Notes under the pieces: generated by a model
What the model saw: only the letters and a program-made list of their open reading frames with translations
The model's database searches: none
What the model was told of the DNA's origin: nothing
Translations under genes and position numbers: made by a program
In this document: positions 20,963-31,012 of the stretch, in pieces
Layout of the letters: each line of letters begins with the position of its first letter
Numbering within the stretch: the first letter of the stretch is position 1
Assembly (NCBI GenBank): GCA_944373145.1
Contig: CALWAL010000007.1
Location: forward strand, 26,005-90,004
DNA length: 64,000 bases
Source of the DNA: an uncultured Bacilli bacterium
GTDB taxonomy: Bacteria; Bacillota_I; Bacilli_A; RF39; UBA660
Direction: 5' to 3'

Positions 20963-21840
20963 AAAAAACGGTTTTAGACTTTTTAGAAATTTTAGAATTT
21001 GAAAAAAATTATTCTCATAATACTATTTTGAATTATCGTGATGATTTAGAACTATTTATAACTTTTTTAAATGAAATTGGTTATGACAATTTTAAAGTTG
21101 ATTATCAAATTATCAGACAGTATTTATCATACCTTTATGAGCATAAATATACGAATAAAAGCATTGCTAGGCATATTAGTTCTCTTCGTAGTTTCTTTAA
21201 ATATTTATTAAAAACAGGCTTGATTGAAAATAATCCTATGACTTTGATATCTAACCCTAAAGTAGAAAAAAAATTACCTAAGTTTGTTCCGTATAAGGAG
21301 TTGGACCAATTGTTAAATATTTTTGATGGTGATACTCCATTAGATTGTCGAAATTCTTTGATTTTAGAACTTTTATATGCTACAGGCATTCGAGTTAGTG
21401 AATTAATTAATATTAAATTGAATGATATTGATTTTAAAAGATGTGAAATTAAAATTTTAGGAAAGGGTAATAAAGAACGAATTGTATTATTTGGTAGTCG
21501 TTGCTTGAATCTTTTAAACCGATATTTAGAGTTGTTTTATGATAAATATAATATCAATCATACCGATTATTTATTATTGGGAGTAAGAGGAAATAAAATA
21601 AATGACCGAGAAGTAAGAAAAATTATAAATTTAGCAGTAGATAAAGCAGGAATTAAATTAAATATTTCACCTCACGTTTTGCGCCATACTTTTGCAACAC
21701 ATATGCTGAATGAAGGCGCTGATTTGAGAAGTGTACAACAACTTTTAGGGCATGAATCATTAAGCACGACAACAATATATACACATGTTTCAAATGAGCG
21801 ATTGCGAAATATTTATCTACATAGTCATCCAAGAGCTTAG
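20959..21840 (+). CDS. xerC: Chromosomal tyrosine recombinase XerC/XerD type
   Basis: LLYATGIRVSEL, KGNKERIV, HVLRHTFATHML, DLRSVQQLLGH and TTTIYTHV. Confidence 0.8.
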   Translation: MKKTVLDFLEILEFEKNYSHNTILNYRDDLELFITFLNEIGYDNFKVDYQIIRQYLSYLYEHKYTNKSIARHISSLRSFFKYLLKTGLIENNPMTLISNPKVEKKLPKFVPYKELDQLLNIFDGDTPLDCRNSLILELLYATGIRVSELINIKLNDIDFKRCEIKILGKGNKERIVLFGSRCLNLLNRYLELFYDKYNINHTDYLLLGVRGNKINDREVRKIINLAVDKAGIKLNISPHVLRHTFATHMLNEGADLRSVQQLLGHESLSTTTIYTHVSNERLRNIYLHSHPRA

Positions 21841-21851
21841 GGGGGATTTAT

Positions 21852-22373
21852 ATGTATTGCGATGATATTAATAAACTCTATAGTGAAAAAAGAGAGGCCA
21901 AACGATTAATTATAATTGATTTTTTAAAAATATATATTCAATTAAAATTATTTTTTCCAAGTTTACTTGAAGAAAGGCAAAAACTTGTTAAATTAGTACA
22001 ATTATATTTAGATTGTGATGCTAATGAAGCAGAAGTGTTATCATCAATTAAAAAACAATATGGTATTTTAGATGAACATGAGGGAGTTGATGTTTTACTT
22101 GATGATTTCGATGTAATGGCAGAGAATTTATACGAACATTGTCAAGAAAGCTTTGGTGATTATGAAGATTTTCTTGCTATGTATGGTGACTTTATTGATA
22201 AATTGATAGCTAAAATAAGTGGTAAAAATTTAGAAGATGTTGATCGTTATAGATATATTATGACACCGCGCAAGATTAATTTTCCATTATTTAGTCAAGA
22301 ATATAAAAATAAGATTTTAATGATGTTACCGACTTTACCAAGCGAGGGGGAAGATTTTAATGGCGAAGCTTAG
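21852..22373 (+). CDS. Hypothetical protein
   Basis: 173-aa ORF lying operon-like between xerC and tdk. Confidence 0.65.
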   Translation: MYCDDINKLYSEKREAKRLIIIDFLKIYIQLKLFFPSLLEERQKLVKLVQLYLDCDANEAEVLSSIKKQYGILDEHEGVDVLLDDFDVMAENLYEHCQESFGDYEDFLAMYGDFIDKLIAKISGKNLEDVDRYRYIMTPRKINFPLFSQEYKNKILMMLPTLPSEGEDFNGEA

Positions 22374-22941
22374 TTTTAGATATGGTGCGATGAATTGTGG
22401 TAAAACAACAGCTCTTCTACAAGTGGCACATAATTATAAGGAAAAAGGATTAAAAGCGTTAATTGTTAAACCATCAATTGATACTAAAGGTGGCAAATGT
22501 ATTGTATCAAGATTAGGTATAAAAAAGAAAGTCGATGTTTGGCTAAGACCTAAGGATAATGTTAGAGAAGTTATTGACTTTAAGAATGTCGCCTGCATTT
22601 TAGTGGATGAGGCACAATTCTTAACGCCAGCTCAAGTTAATGATTTTTGGCTTGTCACAAAACTTTATGATATTCCAGTTATTTGCTATGGTTTAAGGAC
22701 TACATTTCAAACTAAATTTTTTAGAGGTAGTGCACCACTTATGGAATTAGCTGATGATTTAGAGGAGTTGGTAACTATTTGTAAGTGTGGTGCGAAGGCT
22801 AAATTTCAGGGCCGTAAAGTCAATGGTGTTTTCGTTACTGAAGGTGGTGAAGTCGCAATTGATGGTGAAAATGAGGTTACTTATGAATCGTTGTGTGGTA
22901 AATGCTATATTGAAGAAGTTCTCGGTATTCATGAACTGTAA
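22360..22941 (+). CDS. tdk: Thymidine kinase
   Basis: YGAMNCGKTT, DEAQF, YGLRTTF and zinc-binding C.CG...LCGKCY. Confidence 0.95.
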   Translation: MAKLSFRYGAMNCGKTTALLQVAHNYKEKGLKALIVKPSIDTKGGKCIVSRLGIKKKVDVWLRPKDNVREVIDFKNVACILVDEAQFLTPAQVNDFWLVTKLYDIPVICYGLRTTFQTKFFRGSAPLMELADDLEELVTICKCGAKAKFQGRKVNGVFVTEGGEVAIDGENEVTYESLCGKCYIEEVLGIHEL

Positions 22942-23037
22942 ATAAGAAAAAATTTTTTATGATTTTCTTCTTTTTTCTTGCCTCGAACATTTAGAACTGT
23001 TATAATAACGTTGTACACATAAAGGAGGAATTATAGA

Positions 23038-25671
23038 ATGAAATTTGTATACTTATTCAAAGAAGGTAATGCAGATATGAGAAACCTTCTAGGTGGTAAG
23101 GGTGCTAATTTAGCGGAAATGACTAATTTAGGATTACCAATTCCACAAGGTTTTACTGTTACGACAGAAGCTTGTACTGATTACTATAAAAATGATAAAA
23201 CAATTTCTAGTGAAATTGAAGAACAAATTTATACTGCTCTTCATGAATTAGAAAAAATGCAAGGCAAGACCTTTGGAGATGTTAATGATCCACTATTAGT
23301 ATCTGTAAGAAGCGGTGCACGTGCATCAATGCCAGGAATGATGGATACAATCTTAAATTTAGGTTTAAATGATGAAGCAGTAGAAGGATTTGCAGCAAAA
23401 ACTGGTAACCCACGTTTTGCATATGATTCTTATCGCCGTTTTATTCAAATGTATTCTGATGTAGTTATGGAAGTAAATAAATCATTCTTCGAAAAAATTA
23501 TTGATGAGTTAAAAGAAGAAAAAGGCATTAAGTATGATACTGAAATGACTGTTGAAGATTTACAAGAATTAGTAAAAAGATTTAAAAAGGTTTATAGTGA
23601 CCATATGAATGGTGCAGAGTTCCCACAAGATCCAAAAGAGCAATTAATGGGAGCTGTTAAAGCTGTATTTAGATCTTGGGATAATCCACGTGCTATTGTA
23701 TATCGCCGTATGAACGATATTCCAGGTGACTGGGGAACAGCTGTAAATGTTCAAGCAATGGTATTTGGTAATATGGGAGATACATCTGGTACAGGTGTAG
23801 CATTTACAAGAAATCCATCTACCGGTGAAAAAGGTATTTATGGAGAATATTTAATTAATGCTCAAGGCGAAGATGTTGTTGCTGGTGTTAGAACTCCTCA
23901 ACCAATTACTAAATTAGCTGAAGATATGCCTGAAGTTTATGAAGAATTTATGGCTATTGCTCATAAACTAGAAAACCATTATCGTGATATGCAAGATATG
24001 GAATTTACTATTCAAGAAGGAAAATTGTATTTCTTACAAACTCGTAATGGTAAAAGAACCGCACATGCAGCTATTCAAATTGCTTGCGATTTAGTTGATG
24101 AAGGTATGATTACGAAAGAAGAAGCAATTTTAAGAATTGAGGCTAAATCATTAGATCAATTATTGCATCCAACTTTTGATACTGAAAGTTTAAAAAATGG
24201 CGAAGTTATTGGTTCTGCTTTACCAGCATCTCCAGGTGCTGCTGCTGGTTATGTAGTATTTACTGCTGAAGAAGCTAAAGTTTTAGGTAAAGGCGGAAAA
24301 GGTGACCGTGTTATTTTAGTTCGTTTAGAAACTACACCAGAAGATATTGAAGGTATGGTTGCCGCTCAAGGTATTTTAACAGTTCGTGGAGGTATGACAT
24401 CACATGCTGCAGTTGTTGCTCGTGGTATGGGTACTTGTTGTGTATCAGGTTGTGGTGAAATTGTTATTAATGAAGAAGCTAAAGAATTTACTTTAGGCGG
24501 ATATACTTTCCATGAAGGTGATTATATTTCATTAGATGGATCTACAGGTAAGATTTATAAAGGAGATATTGAAACTAAAGAGGCAAGTGTTAGTGGCAAT
24601 TTTGGACGCATTATGGCATGGGCAGATGAAGTTAGAACTTTAAAAGTTCGTACAAATGCCGATAATCCACGTGACACTAAGAAAGCTTTAGAATTAGGGG
24701 CTGAGGGCATTGGTTTATGTCGTACAGAGCACATGTTCTTCGATGAAGTTAGAATTCCAAAAATCAGAAAAATGATTTTATCCGAAACTGTTGAAGCACG
24801 TGAAGCTGCTTTAAATGAATTAATTCCATTCCAAAAAGGCGATTTCAAAGAAATGTACAAGGCTTTAAATGGTCTACCAATGACTGTACGTTATTTAGAT
24901 CCACCACTACATGAATTTTTACCAACAGCTGAAGCCGATATTATTGCTCTTGCTAATGAAATGGGTGTTACGGTTGAACATTTAAAGAATAAATGTAATG
25001 ATTTACATGAATTTAACCCAATGATGGGACACAGAGGTTGCCGTTTAGCTGTAACTTATCCTGAGATTGCTAAAATGCAAACTAGAGCTTTAATGGAAGC
25101 TGCAATTGAAGTAAGTGAAGAAGAAAATATAACTATAGTTCCTGAAATTATGATTCCTTTAGTTGGCGAGGTTAAAGAATTAAAATTTGTAAAAAACATT
25201 GTAGTTGAAACTGCTGAATTAGTTAAGAAAGAGAAAAATTCAAATATTGAATACCATATTGGTACAATGATTGAAATTCCAAGGGCTGCTTTAACTGCCG
25301 ATAAGATTGCTGAAGAGGCTGAGTTCTTCTCATTTGGTACAAATGACTTAACACAAATGACATTTGGATTCTCAAGAGATGATGCTGGTAAGTTCTTAGA
25401 TGCATATTATCAAAATAAAATTTATGAATCAGATCCATTTGCTAAATTAGATCAAACAGGTGTTGGTCAATTAGTTAAAATGGCTGTTGAAAAGGGACGT
25501 GCAACTAGACCAAATATTAAATTAGGTATTTGTGGTGAACATGGAGGAGAACCAAGTAGTGTTGAATTCTGCCACAATCTAGGATTAACTTATGTTTCTT
25601 GTAGTCCATTTAGAGTACCAATTGCACGTTTAGCTGCTGCACAAGCTGTAATCAAAAATGGGAGGAACTAG
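23038..25671 (+). CDS. ppdK: Pyruvate, phosphate dikinase, with the C-terminal VIKNGRN supplied by the integrated element
   Basis: GGKGANLAEM, LVSVRSGA, GGMTSHAAVVARG (phospho-His), GIGLCRTEHMF and GICGEHGG. Confidence 0.97.
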   Translation: MKFVYLFKEGNADMRNLLGGKGANLAEMTNLGLPIPQGFTVTTEACTDYYKNDKTISSEIEEQIYTALHELEKMQGKTFGDVNDPLLVSVRSGARASMPGMMDTILNLGLNDEAVEGFAAKTGNPRFAYDSYRRFIQMYSDVVMEVNKSFFEKIIDELKEEKGIKYDTEMTVEDLQELVKRFKKVYSDHMNGAEFPQDPKEQLMGAVKAVFRSWDNPRAIVYRRMNDIPGDWGTAVNVQAMVFGNMGDTSGTGVAFTRNPSTGEKGIYGEYLINAQGEDVVAGVRTPQPITKLAEDMPEVYEEFMAIAHKLENHYRDMQDMEFTIQEGKLYFLQTRNGKRTAHAAIQIACDLVDEGMITKEEAILRIEAKSLDQLLHPTFDTESLKNGEVIGSALPASPGAAAGYVVFTAEEAKVLGKGGKGDRVILVRLETTPEDIEGMVAAQGILTVRGGMTSHAAVVARGMGTCCVSGCGEIVINEEAKEFTLGGYTFHEGDYISLDGSTGKIYKGDIETKEASVSGNFGRIMAWADEVRTLKVRTNADNPRDTKKALELGAEGIGLCRTEHMFFDEVRIPKIRKMILSETVEAREAALNELIPFQKGDFKEMYKALNGLPMTVRYLDPPLHEFLPTAEADIIALANEMGVTVEHLKNKCNDLHEFNPMMGHRGCRLAVTYPEIAKMQTRALMEAAIEVSEEENITIVPEIMIPLVGEVKELKFVKNIVVETAELVKKEKNSNIEYHIGTMIEIPRAALTADKIAEEAEFFSFGTNDLTQMTFGFSRDDAGKFLDAYYQNKIYESDPFAKLDQTGVGQLVKMAVEKGRATRPNIKLGICGEHGGEPSSVEFCHNLGLTYVSCSPFRVPIARLAAAQAVIKNGRN
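25641..25648 (+). other. attL core (ACAAGCTG) inside the ppdK 3' end
   Basis: Identical 8-mer at 39182-39189, extending to ACAAGCTGnnATCAAA at both sites. Confidence 0.8.
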
Positions 25672-25740
25672 TAATAGTCGATAATTCCTTGATTTTACAG
25701 GGTTTTATCAAGTTACTTTTTAATCCAAATTAGATAATTT

Positions 25741-25792
25741 AAGACTAAATCTAAATATATCGTCGCATATATTTACGGATTTAGTCTTTTTT
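25741..25792 (+). terminator. Element-supplied terminator for ppdK
   Basis: AAGACTAAATC-TAAATATA...TATATTTA-cg-GATTTAGTCTT followed by TTTT. Confidence 0.7.
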
Positions 25793-25831
25793 CGTGGAAT
25801 TCTGCGATGAAGAAATGGAGGTAATTACTGG

Positions 25832-26305
25832 GTGAAATTGATGTATTCTAGGCCAATATTAAGGGATTTATCGCAGGGCGCACGTATAGCTTTTGTAAGG
25901 CAGTTTAGGGCGAAGACACAGGATGAAATAGCTGGTTTGTTAGGTGCAACTGGCGAATGCAGAAGAAGGACTATGACAAGATATGAAAAGGGGGATAGAA
26001 ATCCTACCACAGCAAGAGCCAAGCTTATTGCTGAATTATTAAATGTTAATTATCATGCCATTAAGCAATATGATTACAAAGAACCATTGGATTTTATCTA
26101 TACTTTGTTATGGATGGAGGAGTTACTGCCTAATTATCATTTTGATGTAGATGATGTATTTATTACTGATGTGGATTTCCTTAATACTATTAATGCCTTT
26201 CTGAAAGAATGGGAGATTATGAAGAGAAAGAGAAAGAATAGGGAGATTAAGTATTCAACTTACATTGAGTGGAAGCTATCATATTCTTTCGAGGACAGAA
26301 AATGA
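25832..26305 (+). CDS. XRE-family HTH transcriptional regulator
   Basis: IAFVRQFRAKTQDEIAGLLG...MTRYEKGDRNP. ATGA overlap with the parB-like gene. Confidence 0.8.
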   Translation: MKLMYSRPILRDLSQGARIAFVRQFRAKTQDEIAGLLGATGECRRRTMTRYEKGDRNPTTARAKLIAELLNVNYHAIKQYDYKEPLDFIYTLLWMEELLPNYHFDVDDVFITDVDFLNTINAFLKEWEIMKRKRKNREIKYSTYIEWKLSYSFEDRK

Positions 26306-27141
26306 ATGGTACTAAAGTTATTAAGATAGTGGATATAGAACCGTTTAAGGATCATCCATTTATAGTTGAAGTTGATGACTCGTTGAAAGAATTGGCACAG
26401 AGTATTATGGAGAATGGTTTATTAAATCCTATTATTGTAAGAGAGAAAGGTAGTAAGTATGAGATGGTTTCTGGTCATAGAAGATTAAAAGCATTAGAGA
26501 TGAATGGTGCTGATGAAGTAGACGCATTTGTTAAAGCTTTATCCGATGATGAAGCTACTATATTTATGGTTGACTCTAATCTTCAAAGAGAGAAGATACT
26601 TCCTAGTGAAAGGGCATTTGCATATAAGATGAAGATGGATGCTTTAAAGCACCAAGGCAAAGCTTTGTCTCCTAAGGGAACAAAATCACATTCGGTCGAT
26701 GAGATAGCAGATACAAAGACTCAGGTCTTTCGTTATATAAGACTTACTTACTTGATTCCGGAACTGTTAAAGATTGTTGATGATACTGCTAGGACTAACG
26801 ATAAGCACAATATAACAATGGGTATTAGACCTGCTGTAGAATTGTCTTACTTGAGTAAGGATGAGCAAAAGTTGGTGTATTCAGAGATGATTTATGATGA
26901 TTTAAGTCCTTCACATGCACAAGCAATCCGAATAAGGAAGTTGAGTGAGAAGAAGAAACTAGATGCAGACAAGCTAGAGAAGATATTATTGGAGAAGAAG
27001 GGAAACCAACATGAGCAGATATCTTTTAATAAGGAGAATATAGAGAGTGTTTTGCCTTATGATCTGCTTAAGAGAGATAAGCGTTATATTGAAGAATATA
27101 TTATTGAAGCTATTAAGGCATATAAGAAGGGTAATAGATAG
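26302..27141 (+). CDS. ParB/RepB/Spo0J-family protein
   Basis: PFKDHPF, LAQSIMENGLLNPIIVR, YEMVSGHRR (ParB box) and NLQRE.ILPSERAFAY. Confidence 0.9.
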   Translation: MNGTKVIKIVDIEPFKDHPFIVEVDDSLKELAQSIMENGLLNPIIVREKGSKYEMVSGHRRLKALEMNGADEVDAFVKALSDDEATIFMVDSNLQREKILPSERAFAYKMKMDALKHQGKALSPKGTKSHSVDEIADTKTQVFRYIRLTYLIPELLKIVDDTARTNDKHNITMGIRPAVELSYLSKDEQKLVYSEMIYDDLSPSHAQAIRIRKLSEKKKLDADKLEKILLEKKGNQHEQISFNKENIESVLPYDLLKRDKRYIEEYIIEAIKAYKKGNR

Positions 27142-27149
27142 ACAATGTA

Positions 27150-27177
27150 AAAGGAAAGAGAGCTTTCTCTTTCCTTT
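27150..27177. terminator. Bidirectional terminator between parB and the convergent MTase gene
   Basis: AAAGGAAAGAGA-gctt-TCTCTTTCCTTT. Confidence 0.8.
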
Positions 27178-29407
27178 AGTTTTCTTCATCTTCTTCAACT
27201 GTTTCCATATCGTTAAATAGTTTCTTTGTATTTGTGTGATACCTATATTGGTATACTTCTAGTTCTCTTTTAAGAGCTAATTCAAGTTCTGTATATTTCG
27301 CTTCCATTAGTGTTAGCAATAGACAAATATCTGCTTGAGCACCTAGTGGAATAACCGGAATTGTTAATTGTCTAAAGTCTTCAAGTGTAATATAGTTAGT
27401 AGGTGAAGAAGTGTTGTTATAGTATCTTTTGATATGTTTATTGATTTTTTCTACAAAGTAGTCTGATTCTAATACATATCTTAGATATGCGGGTGATACT
27501 TCGTCTTCTATATTTTTAAATGGTCTTAATCGAAATACACTATCCGAGAATATAAAGTTAGGTTTTTGTACTATAGCTGCCTTAGTACCTTTTGAGTAAA
27601 TAGCGAATAATACATCATCCTTTTTCAACTTTCCTTTACTAATGAACTCATCTAAGTCTTCTTTTCTTATTCTTTCTGTATGAATAGTTTTGTTTTCTTT
27701 GATATACATTAGCGAACTGTCTTCCATAACAGCACCATTTTGTATTTCCTTTGTTGTAATATAACGATATGGGAAATTATCGTTGGTATCTATTTTCATG
27801 TCTTTTATTTTAGAACCAATAGTTATATCGGCAACATTAACTAGTGGAATCATTTTAATTTGATTGCTTTGTTTTAGTTGTTCTAAAGTATTGACTATAC
27901 ATTTGTTAACCCTTTTAATTTGTGTATTATACTTTAAACGTGATTTGTAATTAGCTTCTTCTTCATTCTCGTAAATGAAATCAGATAAGCATACATCTTC
28001 AATAGTTGTAAATGTGTGTTCTTTTTTATAATTAATGTAGTCACAAATATTTAATGAATATTTGTGATTTGCTATTTCTTCTGGAGTTGCTAAGTACGAT
28101 AGGTTGTCTATGCTCTTTCTACCTAATATAAGTTCTATGATGTTATCTATATTTTCATCACTAAAAGTTACTTGATTACTATTCTTAGTGCATATGTTAC
28201 CTGCATCAACAAATAATATATTGTTGTCTGTTTTGTTTTTTCGAATCAGAAACAGACATGTACCGGTATCAGTTCTTAGGAACATCTTTCTAGGTAGTAG
28301 TATTATTGTATCTATTTGATTGCTATCAACTAAATGTTTTTTTACTGCGGTTTCTTCAGGATTTGTTCTGGATAACATGTTTGGTGTGTCAATTGCCAAT
28401 GCTAATCCATTTTTATTTAGTGTGTATATGATGTGGTATATGAATGCCCAATCAGCTAACTCTTTATTAGGAAGAGGTTTGTCATTGAATCTCTCGTCGT
28501 CTTCTCGCAAAGCTGATTTATTCCAAGGTATTCCAAATGGTGGGTTAGCAAATATCAAATCGTACTTTTCTTTTTCTTCTTTATCATAAGTTAGCAATGT
28601 ATCACATTGAGAAATTTTAAAGTCCCTTACATTATGTATTATCATATTCATTCTACACAACATAGCAGGTATTGCATTTAATTCTTTGCCATAGAAAGGT
28701 ATAGTATTGTTAAATCTTGCATATTCGGTTAATAATGAACCACTTCCACAAGTAGGATCGTAGATGTTATTAGGATCAGTGATATATTGGTCTGAAATCT
28801 TTTTTAATAGTTTTACTATTGATGGTTGAGTATAGAATATGCCATTTTTAAGACTCATGGTATTGTTTGTATCTTTATTGTTTAGTAAGAATTCAAAGAT
28901 ATTACCAAATAAGTCATAATCAGATTTGTTAATGTCATAGTCAACATCTGATATAGCTTTTAATATGGTTGAATATATATTACTCCTTATATTTTGACTA
29001 GTTCCAATACCTTCTGCTTCAGTATCTATGTTTCTAAAGATTTCACATATCTCATATTTAGAAGACTGCTTGATATTCTTGAATATTGAGTTTAATGTTG
29101 AATCTAAACGACTACTATTCAATTCTTTTGCTACAATATTTTGGAATAAGTCTTCTGGGTATATGAAGAAATCTATATCACTTTGTACTTGAGATTTATA
29201 TGCTTCTGCCTCATTGTTATTTAGTTCAATATAATTTACATTGAAGCTAGTTTGAATATGCTTGATTATGCTTTCGGAAAGAAAGCGGTAGAATAAGATT
29301 AAGTATATGTATTTTTCATAACTAGTTATATCCTGACCTTTGTTATATCCTGTCAAAGCTTTTTTTAAGTTTTTTGTGATTGTTCCAACACTTTTCATTC
29401 TTCCCAT
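27176..29407 (-). CDS. Type I-like N6-adenine DNA methyltransferase (HsdM) fused to a single HsdS-like target recognition domain
   Basis: HsdM N-domain, FYTQP, DPTCGSGSLL (motif I) and ANPPFG (motif IV). The C-terminus has a TRD pattern (RYITTKEI, LKKDDVLF, YLRYVLES, FRQLTIPVIPLGAQ) plus a long helix. Confidence 0.85.
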   Translation of the reverse strand: MGRMKSVGTITKNLKKALTGYNKGQDITSYEKYIYLILFYRFLSESIIKHIQTSFNVNYIELNNNEAEAYKSQVQSDIDFFIYPEDLFQNIVAKELNSSRLDSTLNSIFKNIKQSSKYEICEIFRNIDTEAEGIGTSQNIRSNIYSTILKAISDVDYDINKSDYDLFGNIFEFLLNNKDTNNTMSLKNGIFYTQPSIVKLLKKISDQYITDPNNIYDPTCGSGSLLTEYARFNNTIPFYGKELNAIPAMLCRMNMIIHNVRDFKISQCDTLLTYDKEEKEKYDLIFANPPFGIPWNKSALREDDERFNDKPLPNKELADWAFIYHIIYTLNKNGLALAIDTPNMLSRTNPEETAVKKHLVDSNQIDTIILLPRKMFLRTDTGTCLFLIRKNKTDNNILFVDAGNICTKNSNQVTFSDENIDNIIELILGRKSIDNLSYLATPEEIANHKYSLNICDYINYKKEHTFTTIEDVCLSDFIYENEEEANYKSRLKYNTQIKRVNKCIVNTLEQLKQSNQIKMIPLVNVADITIGSKIKDMKIDTNDNFPYRYITTKEIQNGAVMEDSSLMYIKENKTIHTERIRKEDLDEFISKGKLKKDDVLFAIYSKGTKAAIVQKPNFIFSDSVFRLRPFKNIEDEVSPAYLRYVLESDYFVEKINKHIKRYYNNTSSPTNYITLEDFRQLTIPVIPLGAQADICLLLTLMEAKYTELELALKRELEVYQYRYHTNTKKLFNDMETVEEDEEN

Positions 29408-29539
29408 TATAACACCTCCATTTAATCAGTAAATATTATACCACTTTTTAACCGATTTTAGAATGTAACTACAATAATCAATGTTATTAGTTTAAATATC
29501 CCAATCTATATATCTGTCTTTTTGATTAGTCAAAATATA

Positions 29540-29558
29540 TCCCAAGTAACACTAGGGA
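29540..29558. promoter_or_regulatory. Operator-like palindrome, copy 1
   Basis: TCCCAAGTaacACTAGGGA, 17/19 identical to 36924-36942. Confidence 0.6.
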
Positions 29559-29662
29559 AGTTTTTGAAGTGAATTATGATGGTTGAATGTGCTCAGAAAT
29601 GTTTTAGTTTTTATAATAATTAATACCACTTTTTGTATATTTTAGAGTAAATTGGTTACTAA

Positions 29663-29844
29663 ATTTCGTACAATACTATGACAATTGTTAGATTACCTTT
29701 CGAGTTTATTATGGTGTTTTTTACTTTTTTGATAGTTTAGTGAAAAATGTCTTTTAGATTTCGTATAGTAATGTGACAGTTGATGGATTGTCTGGTTAGT
29801 TCTTCACCTTCACAACTTTTAAGATAATCCATCAATAATTGTCA
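29663..29844. repeat. Imperfect 32-bp direct repeat plus long inverted repeat
   Basis: 29663-29694 and 29758-29789 match at 25/32. TGACAGTTGATGGATTGTC (29774-29792) is inverted, with a small insertion, at 29823-29844. Confidence 0.55.
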
Positions 29845-30290
29845 GTTTAATTTTATATTACTATGATGGTTGATGAATCATCGGATTTACAGCGACGTTT
29901 TTACAACTTAGTGCGAGATTGCCAACTCGTTAAACGCAATAACAATACTAAAGATACTAATACTAATAATCAAAACATTAATTTTAATAAGAATATTAAC
30001 AAGAGAAAGATAAAAGATAATATTCAGTGATCTAGACGGTATTTTGTAATTTAGAGAATGGGGATATTTAAACATTAAGAACACAGGAACCCCAATTATA
30101 TTTATAGTATCGACGTACAATTTCACTAGAAGATGTATATGCAGATATAAGATGATTATTTTATTTGATTAAGCTGGTCAAGCGGAGATTTTGAAGTGAC
30201 TATGGTTATTTATACTAGTTTTGCTTTAAAGTCTCTCAAACCGGTTTAAAGTTGCTAAATATTTTGAATTTAGAGAGGATTTGAGAATGT

Positions 30291-30680
30291 ATGAAAGCAC
30301 ATTGGATTGTTAAACTTAAGAATCCATTTAATGGAATGAAGCTGGTTGCTTATGAAGATGGACGTGTCTATGTTGGTGGAACTGGACCTTTAATTGGTAA
30401 GCTTAAATCAACTTCTATGAAGAAAATTAGATATTACATCAACGAGTATGCCCATTATATCAAGATAGTTGGATATGAAGTTCAGGATATATATGGATTT
30501 ATAGCCAAGTTCTGGGATAATAGCAATGTTAAGCGTGATGACCTGACGGTTAAAGGTTGGCCTTACGAGCGTGAATTCCTAGAGATTATATTTAACAAGA
30601 ATTCATATCGTAAGTTTTTGATTGGTGATGGTGAGTTTGTTTCTATTATGCATGATTATTTATTAACTTCGTTAGATTAA
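30291..30680 (+). CDS. Hypothetical protein
   Basis: 129-aa ORF with a GAGG RBS upstream. Confidence 0.65.
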   Translation: MKAHWIVKLKNPFNGMKLVAYEDGRVYVGGTGPLIGKLKSTSMKKIRYYINEYAHYIKIVGYEVQDIYGFIAKFWDNSNVKRDDLTVKGWPYEREFLEIIFNKNSYRKFLIGDGEFVSIMHDYLLTSLD

Positions 30681-30695
30681 GCATGCAGAGGAATG

Positions 30696-30900
30696 AAACT
30701 GGTTTTGTTTTTATCAGCAACTGCTGCAGGTAAAACTGGTTCTGGGGATCGTTGCATGAAGCGTTGCTTGATTCGGTGGATCCGGCGTAGCTTGTAGGAG
30801 AGCAAGTTACCGGTTTTACCTAATCCTATTTGTAAGAACATTACCTAGTGGTATTTATACTTTTATATGGATTTTTAGTGCAACGAAGTGTGGGTTGCCT
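30696..30900. other. GC-enriched structured non-coding segment of unknown function
   Basis: 13-bp stem AGGTAAAACTGGT/ACCGGTTTTACCT (30728-30821) encloses sub-hairpins. A GCAAC...GTTGC hairpin lies near 30880-30898. Confidence 0.45.
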
Positions 30901-31012
30901 TTTCTGCTGTCTTCACAATGTGCTGGAGTAAGTAATAATATTTATATTCTGTTCTATTTCCTATTGATTAAGTTTTACTTTTAAGGTTAAATACAAAATC
31001 AAAGGTGAATAG

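Noticed and set aside
20959-21840. Tyrosine recombinase as a possible element integrase
   Set aside because: XerC/D-type length and motifs, embedded in a backbone operon, with no att-like boundaries or cargo.
22984-22997. CGAAC half-site upstream of ppdK as an SOS box
   Set aside because: The second half is AGAAC, not GTTCG, so it is not palindromic.
29908-30126. 72-aa hydrophobic minus-strand ORF
   Set aside because: No RBS. The hydrophobicity is explained by the A-rich plus strand.
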